The notes below the pieces were generated by a model, which was given only the letters and a program-made list of their open reading frames with translations, had not been told where the DNA came from and did no database searches. A stretch of 64,000 nucleotides of DNA. It comes from Eledone cirrhosa. Taxonomy: Eukaryota. Positions within the stretch are counted from its first letter, which is position 1. Each line of letters opens with the position of its first letter. The position numbers and the translations under genes were made by a program. This document shows positions 53,911 through 64,000 of the stretch, piece after piece. The DNA lies in NCBI GenBank assembly GCA_964016885.1, contig OZ024743.1, forward strand, positions 232,004,001 to 232,068,000, in the 5' to 3' direction.

Positions 53911-56139
53911 TGATACTAGGATATAAATCACCATCCTCATCAGAACCTGCACATTGCTTTTATTTGTATTCTTGGTGTTAATCGCGGTGCTTGCGATGTT
54001 TGGGATGATGTTGATGCTGGTTGTGATTGTATTGTCCTGCCACAGTGTGGCTGTTGCTATTTACTGTTACATTATTTTAATATAGCGATTGCATCGTACA
54101 CGCACACGGACGTCTGCACATCAATAGATTGAAAAACCATACACATTTGAAAAATCTACCAAAATATAAACAGGAGAAATATACTAAATAAACTAAAAAT
54201 ATCAGAAGTATTCGATAAAAAGTAAAACGATACGTTTAAAATAAATTTTAAAATATAGTAAACAACATTTTGAGACAGTATTTTTCGATGAGAGGGAAAA
54301 ATCATCTTGAACGAGCTTTATAATTTAAAACGGGCAGCATAAGAAATGCATAAGAAAATTCCAAAATGGACGTCGTCAAGAAATGCTGCTTTTGTTTATA
54401 TAAATGAAAACAATAACATGATAATGAAATATTTAAATATTTATATTTTGATTCCCTAACGGCAATTTTATAACTTGCTATACTTTTCTTCTTCGAAAAT
54501 AACTATTTAAAAATTGTTCACTTTGCATAATTTTTATGGTATAAATGAATTTAATTAATTTTATTTCATCGTAATTATTTTTTTGTAAAATTTATATATG
54601 TTGTATCATTTAGATGTTTGGCATTTTTTAGACTGGTCTGGAGATTTTCATCCAATGGTAATATGTTTTTCATGAAATATTTTTTTTCTAATTGGCTTTT
54701 ATTTTATATTTATATTCTTTATTGCTTTACTTTTTAACATCACTGAATTAGCAGAGGAATTAAAGTGTCGGACAAAATGCTTGTAATATTTATGTACGGA
54801 CTTTCGTGATTTGAGTTCAAATGCCATCGTGATCAACTATGTCTTTCATCATATTGAGGTCGGTAAAATAAAGTATCGAGCATCAACAGATATCCGTATA
54901 TTTTACTTTTCCCTTATAACAAAATGTTCGACCTTTGTACTTATATTATTCACTAATACTTATATTCAGGACGAATCAAAGGCAAAAAGACATGCAATTT
55001 GGAGGGGTGTAAATTTTGTAAAGAAGTAAAGCTATATACAACAAGGTTCGGCGCTCTAATGTGTCTCAAGTCATGATACAAGATTTAATTCCACTGTTTT
55101 TATATAATATAAATTTACAGTTGAATATGTTATATAATGGGAAATTGTGAAGAGGCGTGGTTTAGTGGAGAAGATTTTTGCCTGGCAAAAGATCATGAGT
55201 TAGAATTCTGGATGGGAAGTGTGTTGTGTTCTTGAGAAAGACAATTTATTTCACAATACACTAGCTCATTTAACTGCGTAAAAATGCCGTGTAGGGCAAC
55301 ATAGTTTGAACTGACGTTTTGTTGATCCAGTAAGTGAGCTGTGTATTGGATTGTCACATTGTATTTTTATGCCAAAAGACATGACTTATACATACATAAT
55401 TAAATAGGGTGATGTTTTTACCTTTCAACCTTCCAACCTTCCATGGTCGATGAAATAAGTAACAATCAAGTAGCCAGGATCAATATATTTGCCTGCTTCC
55501 TCCAACACCATAAACCTGAAAAAAGAAAAAGAAATGATTTACTTGTACTCATATTAAGGGACGTGGATTTCCAGCGTCATTGGAGCATTAGTTCTAGGTC
55601 AGAGTACGAATGCGACCCAGGTCAACCATTATTCTTCAGGCCAACGTCACCTTCATGGTAACTTGGAGAGCATTTGTTATTATGCCATGCTAACGACGCT
55701 CTCTGTATGAAAGAATATGTTGATGATTGGTCAAGTTAAACATATATACGTACACGCATGCACACACAGACTTATATATCATAACTGTTCATGGCATATT
55801 TACCGACCATCAGACAAGAAGAAGAAGAAGAAGAAGAAGAAGAAGAAGAAGAATGTTTGGTTTTGTGCCAATATTAAAAGCTCTTTTTTAACTATAATAT
55901 TTCCAAATTTTTTCGAAGAATTATTTCAATTTTAAAGATTTTAATTATTAAATATTTATATAATTCATTCATTCATTTTTGTTTCCATTGTATATTTCTA
56001 AGAGAAAAGTTGCTGTTATTGTCATAATTGGTTATTTATGTTAACTGACTGGCATAGATGTTTTATTATTATCAAAGTTAGTGTTAGTTGTTATAATCGT
56101 TACTGTTAATCTGTCGTTGTTATTATTATCATTTAATAA

Positions 56140-56802
56140 GGGCGGTGGATTGGCAGCGTCGGTAGAGCGTCGGAAAACATACTCGGCAGCATAGAGTTAT
56201 TGTCAGTTACATTCAGAGTCCAAATCCCACCCAGGTGTGTTTTGCCTTTCATCCTTACGAGCTACATAAAATAAAGTACCAGTCACGAACTAGAGTCAAT
56301 TTAATCGACTTTCCCTTACCCGAAAACTGCTGGCCTTGTGCCTAAATCAGAAAACATTATTAATATTTATAATGCGGGTAGGGAGGGGGATTGGCAGTAT
56401 CGGTAGAGCGTCGGACATCCTGCTTCGTGGCAGAGACTTACGGCCGTTTACGTTCTGAGTTCAAATCCCGCCGAGGTTAACTTTACCTTTTATCCTTACC
56501 GTGTCGATAAAATAAAGCACCAGTAATGTACTGGTTCGATTTAATCGACTTTTCCCTCCCCCAACTTGCTGTCCTTGTGCCCTTATAGAAACCATTATTG
56601 TTATTTATAATAGTGGATTGGCAGTATTGGTAGAGGGTCGAACGCCATGCTTTCAAGCATATAGTTACGTCCCTTTAGGGTCTGGGTTCAAATCCCACCG
56701 CAGTTAACTTTGCCTTTAATCCTTACGGGGTCGATAAAATAAAAGTACCAGTAATGCACTGAGGTAATTGCTGGCCTTGTTCCAAAAATAGGAACAATTA
56801 TT
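56140..56802 (+). mobile_element. Three tandem SINE copies
   Basis: Heads at ~56140, ~56385 and ~56612. Confidence 0.9.
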
Positions 56803-57104
56803 ATCTAAACTATAATAAAGTAAGAAGCGCTGGACTGCGTACGGTTTATAATTTTTTATCCCATTAGTAAAATAAGTTGGATTATTTTGAATAAATGATG
56901 AATGAATATTACATAATTTATCTACTAAATTTCGTAGCTGTTCATTAAATTTATTTTATTACTCATTTAAAGATTCATTTAAAATTTTTAAATGTCAGCA
57001 CTTCCGGTTAGCGATCGTTTAAATAAATATTCATATATTTCTATCACTAATTTTCTCCTAATGCAGTTTATATATAATATCGTCTTTTTGTAATGTATCA
57101 TGGA

Positions 57105-58522
57105 CTAGCAGTTTAGCCCGGCGTTGCTCGGGTTTTTTCATTTGCTATGAAAAGTTACATACAGGTAAACGTGGCTTGGAAGCGAATAAGCTTAACAATT
57201 AAGTGCATAAAGCAGTTGAGCCGGTTATTAAAAGTTACGAACCAATTAGCATTTTGGACAATCAATGATGGGTTAATAATCTTCCAATAGCGAATTTAGC
57301 AGACCAAAGTTGCAAGATGGTGGCCCTGATGCCGCTTTGTGTTAGATCTGTCCGCCATGGGTGACCCTACCAGGAAACAGTTTTCCAGACGGCATAGCTC
57401 CAACACCTCCAACATCTATAGCACCTCTTTGTAGACGATATTGCGTGTCATCCCTTGAGGAGTGTAAGCAAAAAGTCCATTCCTGCTCCCTACGCGGGAA
57501 CAGGCAACATCACGTTGGCCATGGGAGAAGCATGGCTCTCCCAAATGGATGCCCGCCACCGACAATGTTTGCCCTTGTGACTTGTTAATGGACATGGCAA
57601 AACATGGTCTCACCGGGAATTGGGGTCGCCGGAAATTGAACGGGATATCTGACGCCGAGGAGAAAAGGTTCATCCTTGGCAGTGTATTCGGCAGAATTTC
57701 CAGAAGTACAACACTATGGGTGTTGTCATATTAATATTTAACCAATGAAAGTCGTAAAAAATAAATAATTTAAACATTCCGATTCATATGTCTATAGCAT
57801 TAATCTGTTAAATGAAGTGTTATTTTGCGGGTTGTTATTTGCAATAAGCCGATTTAAAATACCCCAGAAAATCCGTATGTCAATACGAAACTCCAATTAC
57901 TCCCCCAGCAGTCAAATAATAGAGAGGGGGAATAATCTATTATAGAGAGAGGGAAGAGCGATGGAGAGAGTAAAGCTAAGAAACTATAGGGAGGTATGTA
58001 AAACAGTGTTGTCATATAGAGAGTGAAGAGCGACAGAGAGAGTAAAGCAGTTAAATTATAGAGGGGGGGGATAATGTATTATAGAGAGAGTAAAGATAAG
58101 AAAGTATATGGAGGTGTGTTAAACTTCAAAGCATGAAGAGAGTAAAGCAGTTAAATTATAGAGAGGGGGAATGATGTATTATAGAGAGAAGGAAGAGCGA
58201 CAGAGAGAGCGTTATGACTATGTTCGTTGTATAAAATGATGTGTTGCTTAGTTTTCAAAGTTTATGTCGCATTCCTGAACGAAGTTTTGTCGCTGTTGGG
58301 TAGTAGAGAGAGTGAATAAGCGTGTAAGAGAGAGGATTACAGCATGTATTTAGTTTTACGATTTTTTTCATAGAAGCAGGAAATTTTTGGCAAAGTTTAT
58401 TACGCGTTCACCATCGTTTGGAGCATATTTGAAAAAAATCATCAAAATCTGTAGAGAAATGTGGAAATACATAAAAATCATACACACACACAGACAGACA
58501 TCTTCCGTTTTATATATAGAGA
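57105..58522 (-). mobile_element. Helitron, internally deleted, with both termini
   Basis: Minus strand reads A|TCtctatatataaaac..., then a subterminal hairpin cccgagcaacgccggg and ...CTAG|T. Carries the helicase C-terminus. Confidence 0.85.
57416..57673 (-). pseudogene. Helitron PIF1-like helicase C-terminus
   Basis: PFNFRRPQFPVRPCFAMSINKSQGQTLSVAGIHLGEPCFSHGQRDVACSRV...TRNIVYKEVL*. Confidence 0.92.
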
Positions 58523-58660
58523 TTACGTTACTGATTACATAAGACAGTGTAACACAGTCTCTCTTCAATTTCTGTGTATATTGTCAATTATGATTTTATT
58601 TGATGTATGATTTGATGCATATATACTTGCGTATAATATCAATATACACACTACACATGA

Positions 58661-58697
58661 TAGCAGAAAACCACCCGAAGGGTGGTTTTTCTGCTAG
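58661..58697 (+). other. Hairpin ending in CTAG, Helitron 3'-end-like
   Basis: tagcagaaaaccaccc-gaa-gggtggtttttctgCTAG|t. Confidence 0.55.
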
Positions 58698-58717
58698 TTA
58701 TTTATAATGCTGTTAAG

Positions 58718-58910
58718 AGGTGGATTGGCAGTATCGGTAGATGGTCGGACGACATACTTTGCAGCCCAGAGTTACGGCCCTTTGCGGTCTGAGTTCAAAT
58801 CCCGCCGATGTTAGCTTTGCCTTTCATCTTTACGGGGTCGATAAAATAAAGTACCAGTAATGTACTGGAATAATTGCTGGCCTTGTGCCAAAAGTTAACA
58901 CAATTGTTAT
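58718..58910 (+). mobile_element. SINE copy
   Basis: Full head, B-box, core and tail. Confidence 0.9.
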
Positions 58911-59484
58911 TATTTATAATGCTGTTGTTAATTTCATGGTAGTTGTTATTGTTATACTTATTCTTGTTGTTATTGTCATTTTCGTAATTGTTATTGATTT
59001 TACATCATTATAATAGCTGTAGTTCCTTAAGTTGCTATTCTACATATTTTTGTTGTTATTTGTATTATTGTTAATTTATATTATTGTTATTACCGTAATC
59101 ATGATATTGTTATTGGTATTGTTTTTGTTAATGATTTTTATTTAATACTGTAATGGTAATTGTGATAGTTTTGTTTTTGTAGCCGTTGTACATGAAGTTA
59201 TTATTGGTAATGTTGATTTTGTTGTTGTAATTCTGGTTTGGATTATTGTGTTATCATCGTCATTAATATGTGTATGTAGTTTGCTTTTGTATTTTTTGTC
59301 GTTGCTGCTGTACATATAGTTGCTTTATTTATTGTTGTTAACGTTATTCCCGTTGTTGTTGAATTGGTATATGTATTTGTTATTGTTGTTAATGTTGTTT
59401 TCTTCGTCGTCGTTGTTGATATTATTGTTGTTAATGTCCTTCCAGTCGTTCTACTTGTAGTTATTATCGTTGTTGTTGTTAATG

Positions 59485-60000
59485 GTGTTTTGTTGCAGCT
59501 AGACTTGCTGCTGTTGTTGTTGTTGTTAATGGTGTTTTGTTGGAGCTAGACTTGTTGTTGTTGTTGTTGTTGATGATGATGATGTTTTGTTGGAGCTAGA
59601 CTTCTTGTTGATGTTGTTGATATGTTGTTGATGATGATGATGTTTTGTTGCAGCTAGACTTGTTGTTGATGTTGTTGATGATGATGATGTTTGGCTGCAG
59701 CTAGACTTGTTGTTGATATTGTTGATGATGATGATGTTTTGTTGCAGCTAGACTTGTTGTTGATGTTGTTGATGATGATGATGTTTTGTTGCAGCTAGAC
59801 TTGTTGTTGATGTTGTTGATGATGATGATGTTTTGTTGCAGCTAGACTTGTTGTTGATATTGTTGATGATGATGATGATGTTTTGTTGCAGCTAGACTTG
59901 TTGTTGATGTTGTTGATGATGATGATGTTTGGCTGCAGCTAGACTTGCTGCTGATGTTGTTGATGATGATGATGTTTCGTTAAAGCTAGACTTGTTGTTG
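59485..60000. repeat. ~45-bp minisatellite, about 11 units
   Basis: The unit gttttgttgcagctagacttgttgttgatgttgttgatgatgatgat is repeated. Confidence 0.9.
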
Positions 60001-60585
60001 TTGTTGCTGTTATGAATAACTTAATAACGTTAAAGACATCGTTATTTGTAGAAACAAATATGTGAGTTTATGGAATGGATAGTGGTGATGAAATTAGGAC
60101 TAACTAAATATTAGTGACGTAAACACAACATTAAGCCCAGGTAACTATATTGCTTCTGTTACTGCATCAACGTCGAAATATTTTGGCTTTTTTGTATTAT
60201 ATACATTTATATTATATATGTTTTTATTCTATTTGTTTATTTTTCAATGTATAATTTCAGTGTATAAATTTAAACAATATTTCGGAGAAAAATATAATAT
60301 GAAGAAAAACCCATATAGTTGATGATGTATTGGTACTGGTGGAGTGTAATGGACATTAAAAAAAAAACTGACTGAAAAACAAACAAACAAAAAAGTAGAA
60401 AATAAAATAAATATTAAAAGGGGTCGGTGTCACGAGTCAAGTCCACGTGACCTTTGCTTAAAGCAATGATGTAGAAAATGAAATAAATAATTGAAATGAT
60501 GTCGACAATGAAAATTTGCAAATTAACAAATAATCACTTGGCGTGATAGTTCTTGATGAAATATCTGGGAAAATAGCAGAGAGGG

Positions 60586-60623
<38 letters not shown>

Positions 60624-61059
60624 TAGGAGAGGATGAGCGGTGAGAGAAACAGAAAAAGACATAAAGAATTATAAAACAAGAAGATATAGATAAAGTGTAG
60701 GAATGAAAGTGAGAGAGAGATAAAGAGAGAGAGAGTGTGGTAGAGAGAGAAAGTGAGGGGGAGATAGTGGGACGAAAGAGAGGGGAGAGAGTGACAGAGA
60801 GAGGGTGTGTGAGAGAGTGGTAGAGAGAGGGTTAAACGAGCAGTGAGAGGGACAGAGAAAGATATAAGGAATTAGAAAACAAGAAATATAGATTAGATAA
60901 AGTGTAGGAACGAAAGTGAATGAGAGAAGGGCTGAAAAGAGGGAAAAAAGAAAGTAAGAAAGAAAGACAGAAAGAAAGAAGAACAGGGTGTGAGGGGGTG
61001 AGAATGAAAGAGGTTGAGACAGATAGATAGACAGATACATGAATAGATAGAGAGCTAGT

Positions 61060-61174
<115 letters not shown>

Positions 61175-61266
61175 TGGATGGATTGCGGGGATGGAAAATA
61201 GATACAAAGAGAAATAGGGAGAGAAGCAGACTAGCCAGTGGGTTACTATATGTACATACATATATG

Positions 61267-61321
<55 letters not shown>

Positions 61322-61824
61322 TGAAAGATAGGTAGATTTATATAAAGCAGGGAATAGCAAGAGGAGAGAATGTAACTGAAGTAGTGGGAAATAAAAGGAA
61401 AATAAGAGTGATTTCGAAAGTGGTATGATTGATGAGAAAGGAGTAATTTCAGTGCGTGTATGTACGTCAGTAGTGTGTGTTATATGTGTGTTGCGTGTGT
61501 ATGGTAGAAAAAAATCACACGCTGATAAACAAACAAAAGAAAGGAGAGGGAAAAGATGGTGGGATAATTCAAAAGAATAAAACGTTTAAAATTGGTGGTA
61601 AACAGGGGAAAAAAGCGGTATGAAATTTAAGTTGATGTTAAATATGATGGGAAAAAAAGGATGGATGGGGCGTATGACTATGAAGTCGATGCTGGCAACG
61701 ACGACGACGATAATAACTAAGATGGTGATTGTGTGACAAAGGCGTCAACAACGACACTAACGACGACAATGAAGATGAGAGTAATGGGGATGGAGATAAG
61801 GATTTTCATGATTATTTTTTATTA

Positions 61825-62122
61825 GGGTGGTGGATTGGCAGAATCAGTAGAGCGTCGAAGAACATTGCTTTGCGCTATATATTTAAGACCATTTATGTAC
61901 TGAGTTCAAATTCCACCGAGGTTAGCTTTGCCTTTCATCATTATGGGGTCGATAAAATAAAGTGCCAGTAACGTACTGTGCTCAATTTAATCGACTTTCA
62001 CCTCCCCCCAAAAATTGTTGGCTTTGTACGTATAGTAGAAACCATTATTGGTCTACGAGCGTTATGGTCCTTTACGTTCTGAGTTCAAATCCCGCCGAAG
62101 TTAACTTTGCTTTTCATCCTTT
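61825..62122 (+). mobile_element. SINE plus 5' half of a second SINE interrupted by Tx1
   Basis: The second copy stops at gcttttcatcctt and resumes at ~63550. Confidence 0.8.
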
Positions 62123-62127
62123 CATCG

Positions 62128-63546
62128 AGGTTTCGTCAAACCAGATCTCCAGGTGGAAAAGAATTGGGACGAGGTAACGAGCAAGGTAGCTAGTCTCACC
62201 CAAAACTGGCCTGCGAGGAAGCTATCACTGAAAGGTCGCGCGGAGGTGGCGAATGGGTATATCATGTCCGTTATCTACTACCGCCTGACAGTCGTGCGTT
62301 GCTCCCGTCTGCGCCTCGCCAATTCTTGTGGAGAGGACAAGTCCCGTTGGTGAGGCGGTCCATCTGCTGCCAGCACCCTCTACGCGGAGGGCTGGGCATG
62401 CCGAGGTTAATGATGCGCAGACATGCGCTGAGGCTGCTACATCTTCAGATATTCTGCCTAAACGGTGAACAGGTGTGGTCGCCGTTTATCAGACGGGGCT
62501 ATCCGCAGCTCGTTTCTTTGACTGAGCTCCAGTCCTGGGTCACGAAGAGACCAAGTCTGGCTGACTGGCACCTGGAATGTTCCCACGCACTCATCGCCCT
62601 CTACCAAATGGGCAATGCGATTAGTAGAATTTCCACTCTCGAGTTCTATAGAGGATTAGTAGCAGGCAAGTGCGATGACGCACTCGGAGAAGCTTTGGAC
62701 CTCGACAAAGTCGAACTAACCGGAGGATTTTCGAGCCGGGGACGATGGACAGTTTCCAGAAATCCCTCGCTTGGCAAGGCTACTGGGGGCACTGCCGGTT
62801 CGGGATAAACTCTACAGGCACGGAAGTGCTGTCAGACGGACCTGCCCGAGATGCGCACAGAGCGACGAAACCGTTCTGCACGCACTTATCCAATGTCCGT
62901 GAATTACTGAATTGTGGAGTTAATTCGAACAGCTACTGTCGCGTGTAGAACGGATCCGGCTATCGGCCGAGTCCATAGTGAAGATCGACCCACCGCCTTC
63001 CTTTGGCCAGGAAGAGTAGGCAATTTTCCTCTGTCCGGTGGCAGTTGTAAAAGAGGTTGTATGGTGGTCCAGATTGAAAGAACTGAAGACAGACACTTTT
63101 CTCTTCGGCCAATCCCTCATCAACTTCTTCAAGTTTCACTTGGAAAGAAAGGTAGGTCAGAGTGGAGAGAGAAGTGCTGCCCCCCAGTACATTTGCTAAA
63201 AGGTGGATGAATGTGGCGAGAATGGCCCGGTGAATGGGCCTACTCTGACTATGCGCCTATAGGCTAGCTAATTTTAGGAGGAGAGGGATGTTCTCCTCGG
63301 GTGCCCTAGAATCGCAGTGTGGTTCAGGATTGGTGAAGTACCTGATCACCCCGAGTCGTCCACCTCCCTATAGGGGAATTTATTTTGTTATATTTATGCA
63401 TAGTTTTTTTTTATATCTTCCTTGTTAAATTAGTCTTGCCATTGTGCACTTTTACTCGACCTTATTGTAAACCGCCACTGTCTGTGCCTTTGTATTGTAC
63501 CCTACATGTCGGCTCTTGTGGCCAATAAATGAAATCATTATTATTA
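62128..63546 (+). mobile_element. 5'-truncated Tx1-clade LINE (copy C), frameshifted
   Basis: PDLQVEKNWDEVTSKV...KLSLKGRAEVAN, RRSICCQHPLRGGLGMP, MDSFQKSLAWQ. The 3'UTR ends ccaataaatgaaatc followed by (att)n. Confidence 0.9.
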
Positions 63547-63549
63547 TAG

Positions 63550-63652
63550 TAGTTGACTTTGTCTTTTATCCTTACGGGGTCGATAAAATAAAGTACCAGT
63601 AATGCACTGGGTAATTGCTGGACTTGTGCCAAAAGTAGAAACAATTATTATT
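63550..63652 (+). mobile_element. 3' half of the interrupted SINE
   Basis: atccttacggggtcgataaaataaagtaccag...gtagaaacaattattatt. Confidence 0.85.
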
Positions 63653-63659
63653 AGTAGTA

Positions 63660-64000
63660 GTAATATTATCCTTTGAGTCTCAGTCGTTGAAATGAATATC
63701 AAGCCGCTACCTGCAGCCTCAGATATTCAGGACGTATCGGGGGGTTCTTGTTGTTCCCAGCGAGCATGCGTTTTGAAGTGTTCAAAAAAGCGGGGCTGGA
63801 CTAATCTTATTTAACCAATCTTGGAAACTCTTTGAGATAGTGCCTATTGCGCCTATGACAATCGGGACGACCTTGACTTCATGGCAATTCCAAATCCTTT
63901 TTACCTCCCACTTTAAGTCCTGGTATCGGTTAATTTTCTCCCTCTCGTTTTCTTGCACTCTCGTGTCAAATGGGCAGGCTACATCTGCAATCAGGCACGA
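63660..64000 (-). mobile_element. R4/Dong-clade LINE 3' end (restriction-like endonuclease), runs off the window
   Basis: Manual translation SCLIADVACPFDTRVQENEREKINRYQDLKWEVKRIWNCHEVKVVPIVIGAIGTISKSF. The 3' end abuts a TAA/TAC-rich tract. Confidence 0.85.

Noticed and set aside
53915-54060. Possible host exon or CUGAUGA motif on the minus strand
   Set aside because: No recognisable protein and no GAAA after the putative stem II.
57416-57673. Host PIF1 helicase exon
   Set aside because: It lies within Helitron termini (TC...hairpin-CTAG) and the GQLYVA motif is mutated to GQRDVA.
59485-60000. CRISPR-like repeat array
   Set aside because: The spacers are the same low-complexity GTT/GAT sequence, there are no cas genes, and the context is eukaryotic. 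It is a minisatellite.

Overview
Gene-free, AT-rich and microsatellite-dense eukaryotic intergenic or intronic DNA. It is most likely cephalopod (Octopus-like), inferred from recalled similarity of the abundant tRNA-derived SINE family. No host gene, rRNA, true tRNA or CRISPR array is supportable. The window is a mosaic of mobile elements: two near-full-length, disrupted Tx1/L1-clade LINEs head-to-tail in a (GATA)n tract (12.5-23.3 kb), a third 5'-truncated Tx1, four Penelope-like element (PLE) remnants with GIY-YIG endonuclease, two Helitrons, a mariner relic, a MITE, R4/Dong and RTE fragments, and about 20 SINE copies. The most striking layer is invisible in the ORF track. More than 20 full or degenerate hammerhead ribozyme (HHR) motifs, found by eye, sit in short non-coding elements inserted into (TA)n tracts. 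These elements occur either as fold-back (arm + inverted arm + tail) units or as direct-repeat units resembling retrozymes, such as 23576-24732 with an HHR in each ~305-bp repeat, 845 nt apart. Several HHR families carry recurrent core variants (U3:A8 swap, U4C, U4A, A13C). All folds were derived manually and many boundaries are approximate.
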